This document shows positions 1 through 10,990 of a stretch of 64,000 nt of DNA, piece after piece. The notes under the pieces are model-generated. The model did not search any database. It saw nothing but the letters and a program-made list of their open reading frames with translations, and was not told where the DNA came from. The stretch's first letter is position 1; each line of letters opens with the position of its first letter. Origin of the DNA: Candidatus Dojkabacteria bacterium (lineage in GTDB: Bacteria; Patescibacteriota; Dojkabacteria; J137); the NCBI GenBank assembly GCA_030950485.1, contig JAUZRK010000015.1, positions 2,010 through 66,009 of the forward strand. Direction: 5' to 3'. A program made the position numbers and the translations under genes.

Positions 1-82
1 ATAAAACAACATTTTTCAATTTTACTATCTACAAAAAAGAAACTATAATCTAACTAAGAACATTATTTTTTAAATATATAAA

Positions 83-658
83 ATGGTAATTTTAGGAGGA
101 ATTTTAGGTGTACTAGCACTAGCTATACTTTTTGTAATAGGAATTTACAATAAACTTCAACAACAAAACGTAATGGTTGACGAAGGCTGGAGTGGAATTG
201 ATGTGCAATTAAAGAAAAGATTTGACTTAATTCCAAATTTAGTAGAAACAGTAAAAGGTTATGCTAAACATGAAAGTGGAACTTTTGAAAAAGTAACACA
301 ACTTAGATCTTCAATGATGGGGACAAATGATCCTAAGGAATTAGGAGAAATGGAGGGTGAATTTAGATCTACTCTTAAATCATTATTCGCAGTAGCTGAA
401 AACTACCCTGAGTTAAAAGCAGATGAGAACTTTAGACAACTACAAGCTTCATTACAAGCTATTGAAGATGAATTAGAAGGAGCAAGAAGATATTACAATG
501 GAACAGTTAGAGATTTAAATAGAATGGTTGTTGTATTTCCAAATTCAGTGATTGCTGGAATGTTTAATATTAAAAGAAGAGAATTCTTTGAGATTACAGA
601 TGCAGTAGAAAAACAAAATGTAAAAGTTGATTTTATATCAGAGCCTAAGGCAGAGTAA
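83..658 (+). CDS. lemA: LemA family membrane protein
   Basis: The N-terminal TM helix followed by the conserved stretch NKLQQQNV..VDEGWSGIDVQLKRR.DLIPNLVETVKGYA..E..TFE.VT..R is typical of LemA. It ends with TAA. Confidence 0.7.
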   Translation: MVILGGILGVLALAILFVIGIYNKLQQQNVMVDEGWSGIDVQLKKRFDLIPNLVETVKGYAKHESGTFEKVTQLRSSMMGTNDPKELGEMEGEFRSTLKSLFAVAENYPELKADENFRQLQASLQAIEDELEGARRYYNGTVRDLNRMVVVFPNSVIAGMFNIKRREFFEITDAVEKQNVKVDFISEPKAE

Positions 659-681
659 AAATTACTAATTCTAAATATTAA

Positions 682-711
682 AGCGGTCTATAAAATGGCC
701 GCTTTTTTTTA
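682..711. terminator. Bidirectional rho-independent terminator
   Basis: A 7-bp stem AGCGGTC/GGCCGCT with an 8-nt loop is followed by T8. It sits between convergent genes. Confidence 0.7.
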
Positions 712-1233
712 TTCATCGTCATTATTAGCCCATTCAAACCAGGGATTACCTTCTTCAAATTCTTCCATATCCTCATTCTCAGCTAGTTCTTTAAATTTAG
801 TATCATCTATCTCTACACCATATTTAGTTAAGTGAGTAACGAACTCTGGATCAATGTTCTCTGAAGTGTACCATCTAGAAGCTAATGCTATGAATTCCAT
901 TTGTTTTGTTAAGTCAGCTACTTTATTGTTTTCCTTATATTTTTCTAATTCCCTGAAAGGTAGACTTAAGGAAGAAATTTCTTTAGCTATGACATCTCTT
1001 ATATCTGGAAGTTCTTTAAAGTAAAAGTCAATTTTAAACCAAATATCTGTAACTATACTCCAAGACTCTTCTAAATTATCATTGCTAAGAATACTTTCCA
1101 TAAGATCATGAACTATATCCGGCGCGTTAATAGGATTTCGTTTTAGTTCATCAAAAAGAGTTAATTCAATATCTATTCCACCGATTTCTGTTTTGAATTT
1201 TGTTACTAGCAACATAATATCTTTAATAAACAA
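709..1233 (-). CDS. Hypothetical acidic protein
   Basis: 174-aa ORF with an acidic C-terminus. No recognisable domain. Confidence 0.4.
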   Translation of the reverse strand: MFIKDIMLLVTKFKTEIGGIDIELTLFDELKRNPINAPDIVHDLMESILSNDNLEESWSIVTDIWFKIDFYFKELPDIRDVIAKEISSLSLPFRELEKYKENNKVADLTKQMEFIALASRWYTSENIDPEFVTHLTKYGVEIDDTKFKELAENEDMEEFEEGNPWFEWANNDDE

Positions 1234-1317
1234 TAAAGAGGGTGAATTCTATCACCCTCTTTAGAAATTTTTAATTTTTGTGTCTTGAGTTAAATAACCA
1301 AGACTATTACCTTGTCC

Positions 1318-2217
1318 TTAAGGTAGTGTTAATACACTATTTGGTAAAATTAAACCAATACTTCCATTAGGTAAATACCCGACATCATTAGTATTAGCAT
1401 TATAAATGTTTACCCAACTAAACCCTGTTCCATAATAACCTTCCGAAATTTCCCAAAGTGTATCTCCAAGTTGAACTGTATATTCAGAATCCTGAATATC
1501 ACCCTTCTCATAGTCAGTTGCTGTCCAAACACCACTACTATTTATTAGCTTCATAGTAGCTGCTGCTTTTTTCATTGCAACAGGAGAATTTGAATTTGTA
1601 TTACTATCTGTTTCCCCGCTTATTACACTTCCCTCATTTGCTGATTCATTATTATCTTTTTCTGAATCATTGTTTTTATCTGAATCATTGTTTTCTGATT
1701 TTGAGTCTTCATCTTTACTAGAGCCATTCTCTGATTTAGTATCATCCTCTGACTTAGTATCTTCTTTTAAACTATCGTTGTCTTCTGATTTTTCCTCATC
1801 ATTTGTATCCTCAGCCTTATCTTCTGAACTATCTTCATCTTTCTCGTCTTCTTTTTCTGTATCATTAGCCTCAGCAGTGTTATCATTACTTTCTTCTACA
1901 TTTTCTTCGTTATTTTGCCCATCTTCGCTAGTAGTTTCTTCATTGTCACTGTCAGAACTTTCGTTGTTACTTTCTGCTTCCTCTGCAGTATTATCTACTT
2001 GTTCTGTATCATCTTGATCTTTATTATCATCAAGAATTACATTTCTAACAAAGAAAAATGTACCTACACCGATAGCAAATATTAATATCAGGATTATCAA
2101 TGAAGCTATTCCTAAAAGCCTATCATCATTTCTAATCTTATTAACAACTCCACCACTTTTTTCCTCGTTATTAGATGAAGATTGTTCTTTAGGTTGGCTG
2201 TTTTTATTTTTTGCCAT
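1318..2217 (-). CDS. LysM-domain membrane-anchored protein with an acidic D/E/S/N-rich low-complexity linker
   Basis: N-terminal TM helix (LLGIASLIILILIFAIGV). The C-terminal YTVQLGDTLWEISEGYYG...WVNIYNAN resembles LysM. The antisense ORF 1670..2017 is an artefact of the low-complexity region. Confidence 0.55.
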   Translation of the reverse strand: MAKNKNSQPKEQSSSNNEEKSGGVVNKIRNDDRLLGIASLIILILIFAIGVGTFFFVRNVILDDNKDQDDTEQVDNTAEEAESNNESSDSDNEETTSEDGQNNEENVEESNDNTAEANDTEKEDEKDEDSSEDKAEDTNDEEKSEDNDSLKEDTKSEDDTKSENGSSKDEDSKSENNDSDKNNDSEKDNNESANEGSVISGETDSNTNSNSPVAMKKAAATMKLINSSGVWTATDYEKGDIQDSEYTVQLGDTLWEISEGYYGTGFSWVNIYNANTNDVGYLPNGSIGLILPNSVLTLP

Positions 2218-2497
2218 ATAGTAAAGAACTTAAATTAATTTAAATATTCGTGCAAATAAATGCTAGCTTATTATCAACTAAATTTAACTCCACACTAAAT
2301 TAAATATAGATGAGTTAGCTAAGTTTCGATTTGCTGTGTGGAACAAATTTACAAACCAACTTATTATATAACTATTAACTGGTGCCTGCAAGGATTCGTG
2401 TGTTATGTATTAATAGACAATGATATTGATATGAATTTGAAATCAGAGATAAAACAAAATTATAATTTATTTTCTTCTTGATTATATTTAAATGAAG

Positions 2498-2568
2498 TTA
2501 CCGGGTAGGGATTCGAACCCCAATTGATGGTACCAAAAACCATAGTCCTACCATTAGACGACCCGGTA
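2498..2568 (-). tRNA. tRNA-Gln (anticodon TTG)
   Basis: Cloverleaf folded by hand. Acceptor TACCGGG/CCCGGTA, D-arm GTCT-AATGGTA-GGAC, anticodon stem ATGGT/ACCAT with loop TTTTGGT, T-arm TGGGG-TTCGAAT-CCCTA, discriminator A. CCA is not encoded. Confidence 0.75.
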
Positions 2569-2685
2569 ATTTTTAATTCCAGCTATTTTAGCAAATTAAT
2601 TACTCGTTTTGAAGACTAGAGATATTAAATTTATATAAATCTATATTAAAATGATTTATAATTAAAAACATTTGAGATAAATAAA

Positions 2686-5600
2686 TTGAAACGAATTAGA
2701 AAACAAATTAAGGCTATAATTTTCCTCTTACCATTAATTTTTGCCGGAGCTATTTCTATAAAAGTTATAAATAGCGTTGGGTTAGCAGAAGGATTATTTA
2801 CTTTCTTTATATTGATTTCTCTAAGAATAGGTTATGAAGCAGTTAGAAGTCCTATTCCAAGACGAGTAGGAATAAGAAATGTGCAGAGAAGATTAGGGAA
2901 TACATTCCTGGTTATAATGGGATCAATGGTTGGTGCGGCATTAATTTCAGGATCTCTTGTATTAAATGATTCATTAGATAAAACATTTGAAAATTTAACA
3001 TTTGCTCAAATAGGCGAAGGCGATGTTTTTATTTCTCCAGTAGAAAAGTCTTTAATAGACGAAAATTTAACTTATTTTAATACTGAAGAAGTAGAGCAAA
3101 TTAACACATTAATTGATGACTCTAGTATTTCAGATGGAACATTAAACTTAATGCGATTAACTGTTACTCCTGCGATTCTTGATGAAAAAGGTAAACCAGA
3201 GCTAAATGCTTATTTTTCAAGTCTTGTAGGTATTGATTATGAAAATGCTATTAGTGTTGGGGAAACTAAGGTAGAGATTCCAAAACTTACAAAGAAAAAT
3301 GGCGCTATTCTATCTGAGACAATGAAAAAAGAATTGCAGGCTGAAATTGGAGATACAATTCTTATAAATACTGGTGATATAAAAATTGGATTAGTAGTAG
3401 AAAGTTTTGTAGAAGATAAAAGTTTTTTAGGAGGACTTACTATAACTGTTGATAAAGGATATTTGAATTCTATTCTTGGAATAGAAAAAGGATCGGCAAA
3501 TGAAATTTATGTTTCTTCTATAGGTGGAGTAATACCAAAAGACTATGATGGAGAGGCATTCTTAAACGAAGTTAATGAATCATTAAAAGACTTTGATTCT
3601 GAAAGAGTTGATTTTAACTCTGTAGAAATTAAGGAACAGTTTTTAAATGGAGGTGGCTTTTCTGATGTTTCACTAATATTTTTAGCATTAAGTTCTTTCG
3701 GAATATTTTCAGGAATATTATTAATAGTAAATCTTTTCTCAATGTTTGCTGAAGAGAGAAAGAAAGAAATGGGTATTTTAAGAGTTGTTGCGTTCAATAA
3801 AAAAGATTTAACTAAAGCTTTCTTATTTGAAGGCTATATTTATTCTGTAATAGCTTCAGTAGTTGGTACGACAATAGGATTAGGTCTTGGCTTTATATTG
3901 ATATATTTGTTTACAGTTATCTTTGGCAATCTATTCTCTGCAATTGGGATTTCAGAGAATCTATTTGATATTTCCTATAGTGTTGAATTATCAAGCTTAG
4001 TAATAGCTTCCTCTGTTGGGGCTTTGATAACAATTTTTACAGCATATTTCGCTAGTCTAAGAATTAGTAATCTAAATATAATTGAGGCTATAAAGGATAT
4101 AAAAGTTAAGAAAAACAATAGATTAAATTTAAAATGGTGGCTGAAGACATTATTTTATTTTGGATATTCTCTTATAGGAACTATCTCTATTGTTCTTGGA
4201 CTTTTAATTGAAGGTATAGCTGACAGTTCTAGAGATGAGACTGGGTCGTTTTTTAATGAACTAAGTGTAGAAGACTTTAAACAGATAGTATTAGTTATGA
4301 AGGCATACCTCTTATACTTTGGTGTCGTCTATTTATCAATTTTTCTCTCTCTGCTCTTAATCAGAGCTTTTAATGATATATTTAAGAAAGGCCTATTGAA
4401 GTTGTTCGGAACCATTTCAAGCATTGTAGTTATAGGATTTACAATTATAGAATTTGGTTCAGAGGATTTTTCTTTTGCTCTAGATAGTGATTATGGAGTT
4501 GGATTATTTTTCTCTACAGGATTAGTATTAGTTTTAGCACTTTCAATACTTGTAACTTTAAATGTTGATTTTATAATCTGGTTACTTTCATTAATCTTTA
4601 ATAGATCAGCTAAAGGAGTATTAATTATGAAGGTTGCATTAAGATACCCTGCTGTTAATAGAAGCAGGACCGGATTAACACTTGTTATGTTTGCTTTAGT
4701 AATTTTCTTAATATCCTATATTAGTATTTTTAAATCTAGTATTGTTAATACAACTAGTAACAATACTGAAGAAGCATTTAATGGTTACGATTTGACAATC
4801 AATCCCGGCATTAACTCAACTTTATCCAGCAGAAATGAGATTTATAATGTAATTAACAATAACGAAAATGTAGAAAAGGTTAGTTCAATTACCTATTTAA
4901 ATGTAGTATTACCTGAATATAAATATAAAGACTTACCTGAATCTGCAAAGGAATTTAGTGATAATGGAGGTGGAATGCCGATTACACTTTCTGATGATGA
5001 TTCTTATAATACTGCCTTAAATATAGTTTCTCCAGAAGTTATTGCAGGTATTGACTCTCCATTGAAATTTAGATCTGATAAATATAGTACTGATGAAGAG
5101 GCATATGCTGCTGTAGCAAATGATCCAGATAAAGTTGTATTAGGATTCTTATATGCAAATCCAGATTTAATAGGAACTCTAAAATTAGAAGGTGGTGATA
5201 CATTAATAATAAGTGATGTATTTGAGGAACACATTTTTGAAAAAGAGGTTGTTGGTATAGTAGGCGCTGGTTTTTTTGGGAGTGCTGGATTTTCTCAATT
5301 TTTACCATTTATAATTTCAACAGATACTGAACTATTAAGTCAGCTTCCTGAGAGCTATCTGGTTAAAAATAGTTCAAATACAGTATTAACAGGTTTTAAA
5401 GCTGATATTGATCCAGACGTAGCTTTTCTAAATTTAAGAAAAGAATTAATTGATTATAATATTCTTCAAATAATAAACTTAAATGAGCTAACTGATACTA
5501 TAAGTACATTTATAGACTCTATGTTCTCAATGCTCCAGGGTTTCTTAGCATTTAGTCTAATAGTAGGAACTTCAGGGCTAGCAATTATTCTAACTAGATC

Positions 5601-5925
5601 AGTTTGGGAAAGAAGACAGCAAGTTGGAATGCTTAGAAGCTTAGGCTTTAGTAAAAAGATGATCTTTACAGCCTTTGTAATTGAGTCAAGCTTTATAAGC
5701 TTATTAGGTATTGCAATAGGAACTTCAATGGGATTGATAAGTGCTATTAATCAAATAGGAGGTAATAGTGCAGATGGCGAATCTTTTTTAAATGTTAGTG
5801 TATCTTATTCAGAAATAATAATAATTACATCTCTTGTTTATTTAGCATCGATGTTATTTTCGATTATTCCAATTGTTAAAGCAGCAAATTTAAGTCCTGT
5901 AGAGGCAACAAATTATCCAGAATAA
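2686..5925 (+). CDS. ABC transporter permease, MacB-like with two FtsX domains
   Basis: 1079 aa. N-terminal TM, a large extracytoplasmic domain, and two 4-TM FtsX-like blocks (..GILRVVAFNKKDL.. and ..GMLRSLGFSKKMI..). TTG start. Followed by an ABC ATPase. Confidence 0.65.
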   Translation: MKRIRKQIKAIIFLLPLIFAGAISIKVINSVGLAEGLFTFFILISLRIGYEAVRSPIPRRVGIRNVQRRLGNTFLVIMGSMVGAALISGSLVLNDSLDKTFENLTFAQIGEGDVFISPVEKSLIDENLTYFNTEEVEQINTLIDDSSISDGTLNLMRLTVTPAILDEKGKPELNAYFSSLVGIDYENAISVGETKVEIPKLTKKNGAILSETMKKELQAEIGDTILINTGDIKIGLVVESFVEDKSFLGGLTITVDKGYLNSILGIEKGSANEIYVSSIGGVIPKDYDGEAFLNEVNESLKDFDSERVDFNSVEIKEQFLNGGGFSDVSLIFLALSSFGIFSGILLIVNLFSMFAEERKKEMGILRVVAFNKKDLTKAFLFEGYIYSVIASVVGTTIGLGLGFILIYLFTVIFGNLFSAIGISENLFDISYSVELSSLVIASSVGALITIFTAYFASLRISNLNIIEAIKDIKVKKNNRLNLKWWLKTLFYFGYSLIGTISIVLGLLIEGIADSSRDETGSFFNELSVEDFKQIVLVMKAYLLYFGVVYLSIFLSLLLIRAFNDIFKKGLLKLFGTISSIVVIGFTIIEFGSEDFSFALDSDYGVGLFFSTGLVLVLALSILVTLNVDFIIWLLSLIFNRSAKGVLIMKVALRYPAVNRSRTGLTLVMFALVIFLISYISIFKSSIVNTTSNNTEEAFNGYDLTINPGINSTLSSRNEIYNVINNNENVEKVSSITYLNVVLPEYKYKDLPESAKEFSDNGGGMPITLSDDDSYNTALNIVSPEVIAGIDSPLKFRSDKYSTDEEAYAAVANDPDKVVLGFLYANPDLIGTLKLEGGDTLIISDVFEEHIFEKEVVGIVGAGFFGSAGFSQFLPFIISTDTELLSQLPESYLVKNSSNTVLTGFKADIDPDVAFLNLRKELIDYNILQIINLNELTDTISTFIDSMFSMLQGFLAFSLIVGTSGLAIILTRSVWERRQQVGMLRSLGFSKKMIFTAFVIESSFISLLGIAIGTSMGLISAINQIGGNSADGESFLNVSVSYSEIIIITSLVYLASMLFSIIPIVKAANLSPVEATNYPE

Positions 5926-5936
5926 TAAAATCATAT

Positions 5937-6626
5937 ATGAAAAATTCAAATCTAATTGCAAAGGCAAATAATTTAACTAAGATTTATAACGAAGGACAGG
6001 ATAACGAAGTAATAGCAGTTAATAATGTTAGCTTTGAAATAACTGAAGGAGAAATTATAACTGTAATGGGGCCATCAGGAAGTGGAAAAACAACGTTATT
6101 AAACATGATTTCAGGAATTGATGAGGCTAGTAGTGGAGAAATTTATATTGCTGGAGAGAATCTTGTAGAAATGGATGATGATTCAAAAACTAAGTACAGA
6201 GCTAAAAATATGGGATTTATTTTTCAAACATTTAACTTAATACCTGTCTTAAGTGCTGTTGAAAATACAGAAATGCCATTGCTTTTAAATGGTATTAAGA
6301 AAAATGAAGCAAGAAGGATAGCAAGCGAGATGTTAGAAAGAGTAGGGCTAGGAGACAGACTTCATCATAAACCAAATGAGCTTTCAGGAGGACAAAGACA
6401 AAGAGTTACAATCGCACGAGCTATTGTTCATAAACCTGCGGTAATTTGGGCAGATGAACCAACTGGAAATCTTGATACGAAGACTGCTAATAAAGTTTTT
6501 GAGCTTATGCTTGAACTTGCAAAGGAATTTAATCAAACTATTGTTGTTGTAACTCATGATGAGAATATAGCAGATAAGACAGATAGGGTTATCAAAATGG
6601 ATAGCGGTGAGCTGATTAGAGATTAA
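5937..6626 (+). CDS. ABC transporter ATP-binding protein (MacB/LolD-type)
   Basis: Walker A GPSGSGKTT, Q-loop, signature LSGGQRQRVTIARAI, Walker B IWADEPTGNLD, H-loop VVTHD. Confidence 0.85.
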   Translation: MKNSNLIAKANNLTKIYNEGQDNEVIAVNNVSFEITEGEIITVMGPSGSGKTTLLNMISGIDEASSGEIYIAGENLVEMDDDSKTKYRAKNMGFIFQTFNLIPVLSAVENTEMPLLLNGIKKNEARRIASEMLERVGLGDRLHHKPNELSGGQRQRVTIARAIVHKPAVIWADEPTGNLDTKTANKVFELMLELAKEFNQTIVVVTHDENIADKTDRVIKMDSGELIRD

Positions 6627-6681
6627 AAATAGAAATCTATATTTTTAAATTATGATAAAATAATTCGAAAACAAATTTGAA

Positions 6682-8103
6682 ATGAGTAATTCAATAGAAA
6701 TTCCAAAAATAGATAATATAGAAACAATAGTTGAGAAAATAAAGTCTAAAGAGCTAAAAGTCTTAGATTTAGTTATTGAACATCTAGAAAGAGCAAAATT
6801 AGTACAAGAAAAAACTAACTCATTTATAACTATTCTTGAAGACCAGGCTTTAGCAAACGCAAAGGAGTTGGATTTACAAATAGAAAAAGGTGAAGTTGAT
6901 ATCGAATCAAAACCCTTGTTAGGTATTCCCTTTACAGCAAAAGATCTTTATTTAGTAAAAGATACAAAAACAACTTTTGGAACAAAATTAATGGAGAATT
7001 TTGTTGCGCCATATACTTCTACTGTAGTACAGAAATGTTTAGATGCTGGAGCTATTTTAATTGCAAAAGCAAATTTAGATCCATTTGGTTATGGAAGTAG
7101 TGGAGAGAGTTCAGGTTACGGACCTACAAAGAATCCATATGATTTAGAAAGAGTTCCAGGAGGTTCTAGTTCTGGTTCAGGAGCTTCAATTGCTGCTGGA
7201 GTAGGATTATTCTCACTAGGTACGGATACTGGTGGATCTGTTAGACTACCAGCCTCTTTTTGTGGAGTATATGCTCTAAAGCCTACTTATGGACATAATT
7301 CAAGATATGGAGTTGGCGTATATGCTTCTTCTTTCGACACACCAGGATTTTTTTCTAGACATCCAGAAGACATCAAATTACTTGAAGATGTAATGAAGGG
7401 ACGGGATGAAAATGATGCTACAACATATGAAATAGATCATTTAGAAATTAAAAATAATAAGACAATTGGGTTACCAAGAGAATTCTTTACAGAAGATTTA
7501 AATCCTGAAATAAAAGACAAGATAAATCAAAAAGTTGAACTATTAAAATCTAATGGCTACGAGATTAAAGAAATTTCTATTCCATCATTAAAATATGCTC
7601 TAGCTGCATATTACGTTTTAGTAATGGCTGAAACATCTTCTAATAGAGCTAGATATGATGCTGTTAGGTACGGTGAGAAAATATCAGATGACTATGAAGA
7701 GAACATGAGCGGAGGAAGAGCGCAATTCTTTGAGGATGAGGTTAAAAGGAGAATTATGGTTGGTACTTATGTTTTGAGCGCTGGATACGGCGATCAATAT
7801 TATCAAAAAGCTAGTATTGTTAGAACTAAGCTTAAAAAAGAATTCGACGAGGCCTTTAAAGAAGTTGATGTGATAATATCTCCTATAGCTAATGAAACAG
7901 CTTTCAAGATTGAAGAAAAGTCATCAGATCCAGTTTCAATGTATTTAACAGATATTTATACAGTTACTGCTAATGTAGTTGGAATACCTGCTCTAGCTAT
8001 TCCTGCTGGAATGAGTTTAGAAGGATTGCCAATTGGAATGCAGCTAATTGGTAAAAAGTTCCATGAAGATCAACTGGTAGATGTTGCTAAAGTTGTTAGA
8101 TAA
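6682..8103 (+). CDS. gatA: Amidase signature enzyme, probably Glu-tRNA(Gln) amidotransferase subunit A
   Basis: Amidase signature GGSSSGSGASIAAG. The Ser-cisSer-Lys triad context (K..D, GTDTGGSVRLPA) and the 473-aa length are typical of GatA. Confidence 0.6.
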   Translation: MSNSIEIPKIDNIETIVEKIKSKELKVLDLVIEHLERAKLVQEKTNSFITILEDQALANAKELDLQIEKGEVDIESKPLLGIPFTAKDLYLVKDTKTTFGTKLMENFVAPYTSTVVQKCLDAGAILIAKANLDPFGYGSSGESSGYGPTKNPYDLERVPGGSSSGSGASIAAGVGLFSLGTDTGGSVRLPASFCGVYALKPTYGHNSRYGVGVYASSFDTPGFFSRHPEDIKLLEDVMKGRDENDATTYEIDHLEIKNNKTIGLPREFFTEDLNPEIKDKINQKVELLKSNGYEIKEISIPSLKYALAAYYVLVMAETSSNRARYDAVRYGEKISDDYEENMSGGRAQFFEDEVKRRIMVGTYVLSAGYGDQYYQKASIVRTKLKKEFDEAFKEVDVIISPIANETAFKIEEKSSDPVSMYLTDIYTVTANVVGIPALAIPAGMSLEGLPIGMQLIGKKFHEDQLVDVAKVVR

Positions 8104-8112
8104 AGACTAAAC

Positions 8113-10056
8113 TTACTTTAGTCTTAGTATATCTAAACTTCCATCTCCTATAAAACTTTCTAATACGTCTACTATCTCTTTATTGAATTGTAGAAATAAG
8201 AAAATTAAACCTGCGATAAAGAATATTATTGCTAATATTGTGATTAGACCATTTGAAGGTCCATCTGCATTATTATTTTTGTTTTTCTTTATCTTTTCCT
8301 CCTTTTTTTCACCCTTTACGACAGGTTTTGATTCTGCAGATGTATTATTCTGATTAAAATTAAAATTAGAGTTTGCCGTTGATTGGTTTGAAATATTGGC
8401 TTCTGTATTTGAAGAATTTGATAAATTAAAATTATTAGTTTCATTTTTTTCTTCTTTTTCATTCGTTACTTCTTCTATAGGAGCAGGACCTGGAGCTACT
8501 TCCATCATATCTTTTGCTTTATTCTCTTCTCTAGAAAATGGATTTGGCATCATCGTCTCATTATTGCTATTAGAATTTTGTGCTGGAATATTATTCTCAG
8601 GTTGTACTTGTTTTGGAACTTCTTGCTGCTGTGGTGTGTTTTGAATAATATTTTGTTCAAGTTTTTTAGGAATACTCAATTCGCGATTTATATCATTATT
8701 TTCAGCTGGCATAGCAGCTTGTAAATTTTGAGAGTTGGGTACACTTACTTGTTGAGTAGTCTGATTAGTAATATTATTCACATTTTGAGTTGTAGACATT
8801 GATCCTGGAATGATTATAGGATCTATATTACTGTTATTAACCTGATTTACTTTTGGACTTTCTGGAACTTGATTATTCAATGAATTATCATTTCTTGATA
8901 CAACATTTCCAAGATTAGTATTTAAGCCATTACCGTTTGGGGTAGGGATAGTATTTGTATTAGAATTCATAACTGCTGTTACATTATTACTCTGAGAGTT
9001 TTCTGAAAGTGGTTTGTTCAGCATATCACTTATATTACTTTGCGGAGATGTTGCATTTCCATTTGGGCTTACTGTAGGCTCTGCAACAATTGAGGCACCA
9101 TCATCTCCTGCGTTTAAAACTGCTACATTATCATTATCATCTGCGTCTAAGCCATCAACTTTTTCTGGAGTAACTGAGCTTGCTTTACTAATTTCAGATA
9201 AGAATGAACCATTATCAAATTCAGCTTTTGGCTGCTCTCCTTCAATTTCTGTAGAAGTAACTTCATTTGTAGTACTTTCATCAGGAATTTCTTTTACCAG
9301 TTCTTGTGTACCATTTTCTAATTCAGGAGCTACATCTACTGTTTCCGTTTTTGGTGTTTCACCCTCTGTATTTACACTATTATCTGGTAATATTTGTTCA
9401 CTAATTAAAGTTAAATTAACACCCTCAGCTGAAGAACTATCAGTCTCAATTGAAGAAGGTAATGTTTCATCATTTTCTGTTAGATTAGTATTCTCAGCAG
9501 TCATCGGAGTTTGCTCAACTGCAGCGTCCTCTGTCAATATTTCTTCTTCTTGGCTACCCATTCCTCCTACACCAGTTACTAATCCGCCTGCTTCTATTTC
9601 TTGATCTTCTATTTCTCTATCATGTTTTGCTTCCGCAACAGTTCTATCTTTGATAATTTCAGTGGAGTCATTTGTTGTGCTTGTTTGGCTAGTATTTGCC
9701 GTTACGTTATTTGTATTCATTCCTGTTTGCTGAGTTGTTGTCTGTTGAACAGGTAGTATTGCTTGATTTGTATTTTGACTTGCTGCTTTTTGTGTTGTTG
9801 ATGAACTTCCGCTTCCTTTTTGATCCTCGATTAGTTGATTGGAACTATTATTAGTTTCTTCCATTTCAGTATTGTCATCATTATTAATATTATTTGAGTC
9901 TTCATTTGTCACGTCGTTAGAATCATGGTCATTTTCTTCAATTACATTGCCATTCTCATCAATTATTTGCTTTTTCTTTCTATCTCCATTAGCTACTAAG
10001 GTAGGTGCTTCCATTGTTTTGTTATTAATTACTAAAACATTATATGTTTTTATCAT
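8113..10056 (-). CDS. Large low-complexity (N/T/S/Q/E-rich) protein with a C-terminal TM anchor
   Basis: 647 aa, mostly disordered composition. Single hydrophobic helix near the C-terminus (LITILAIIFFIAGLIFLFL). Antisense ORFs inside it are compositional artefacts. Confidence 0.45.
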   Translation of the reverse strand: MIKTYNVLVINNKTMEAPTLVANGDRKKKQIIDENGNVIEENDHDSNDVTNEDSNNINNDDNTEMEETNNSSNQLIEDQKGSGSSSTTQKAASQNTNQAILPVQQTTTQQTGMNTNNVTANTSQTSTTNDSTEIIKDRTVAEAKHDREIEDQEIEAGGLVTGVGGMGSQEEEILTEDAAVEQTPMTAENTNLTENDETLPSSIETDSSSAEGVNLTLISEQILPDNSVNTEGETPKTETVDVAPELENGTQELVKEIPDESTTNEVTSTEIEGEQPKAEFDNGSFLSEISKASSVTPEKVDGLDADDNDNVAVLNAGDDGASIVAEPTVSPNGNATSPQSNISDMLNKPLSENSQSNNVTAVMNSNTNTIPTPNGNGLNTNLGNVVSRNDNSLNNQVPESPKVNQVNNSNIDPIIIPGSMSTTQNVNNITNQTTQQVSVPNSQNLQAAMPAENNDINRELSIPKKLEQNIIQNTPQQQEVPKQVQPENNIPAQNSNSNNETMMPNPFSREENKAKDMMEVAPGPAPIEEVTNEKEEKNETNNFNLSNSSNTEANISNQSTANSNFNFNQNNTSAESKPVVKGEKKEEKIKKNKNNNADGPSNGLITILAIIFFIAGLIFLFLQFNKEIVDVLESFIGDGSLDILRLK

Positions 10057-10111
10057 TTAGGCTGCAAATAGAGCAGTGGCGCCAATATATAGTAACATGG
10101 TATAATAGCCT

Positions 10112-10783
10112 ATGAAAAATAATGGAAATTTAGACTCAGACTCAGAACTAAATCAAGAATTAGTTGAAGGATTTGATATAGAAGTCAATGGTGTTGAATA
10201 TAAGCTTGAATATGAAGGACAATTAGGTACTAACTATTCTTATATAGTAAAAGCCTATAGCCAGAAGGTTGGTATTTTAGATATTGATCTGAAACCAAAT
10301 CAACCAATTCAAGTACAGTCTGATGTTGATGGTTTGTCAGAAGCTGTATTATTGAATCTTTCAAATGAAGACGAAGTTACCAGTAGGGTAGAAGAACTAA
10401 TTGATTTAATAAATTTAGAGGTTAACTGTTCGCAATCTAGATTTAATGTTTCTATTCAATCTGTTAGAAATTTAATTCAGTCTACATGTGTAACTGAAGA
10501 GGTTTTAGTTAAAAGTATTGAAGAACTACTAACTTGGCAATCTGGAAACGGAAAATTCTCAACATATAATAAGATGGGCTTCCCAGAGGTATTAACGTTG
10601 GCATTCGCTCACAATAAATGCGATTACAGAGTAGTTTGTGTAAAAGCTAATACGAGTAATGGTTCAGAATTGTATGTAGCAGAAATTGTACCTAGAGAGC
10701 AAATCAATACTGTTAATAATCAAAAGCAAGTTTTCAAAAAGGCTCTAACCAGTAAGAATGTTTATTATCAAACAGAGCAGTAA
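10112..10783 (+). CDS. Hypothetical protein
   Basis: 223-aa ORF with no recognisable motif. Confidence 0.4.
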   Translation: MKNNGNLDSDSELNQELVEGFDIEVNGVEYKLEYEGQLGTNYSYIVKAYSQKVGILDIDLKPNQPIQVQSDVDGLSEAVLLNLSNEDEVTSRVEELIDLINLEVNCSQSRFNVSIQSVRNLIQSTCVTEEVLVKSIEELLTWQSGNGKFSTYNKMGFPEVLTLAFAHNKCDYRVVCVKANTSNGSELYVAEIVPREQINTVNNQKQVFKKALTSKNVYYQTEQ

Positions 10784-10990
10784 ATCATTTCTCATTACCA
10801 AGTAGATAAATATGTTGCCAAAAATAGATGATGATAGTATAATTTCCGCAATGAATTATAAAAATTTAAATAAAAACATATCACTCAGCCTCAGCACTAT
10901 TATTATTGCTGTCATTTCTATTTTTAGAAATGATTTAGGAGGAAATTATGTAAGTTAAATTTAAATAAATAATATATTAAATTTTATAAA

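Noticed and set aside
1670-2017. Antisense ORFs inside larger genes (1670..2017, 3543..3797, 5004..5308, 8396..10060, 12671..12955, 31003..31269, 39654..40931, 42084..42347, 42496..42690, 45672..45866, 48397..48615, 54943..55137, 55904..56188, 57292..57957, 60511..60774, 62153..62491)
   Set aside because: They lie wholly within, and opposite to, well-supported coding regions or low-complexity tracts. They have skewed serine/leucine-rich composition typical of antisense translation and no domain signal.
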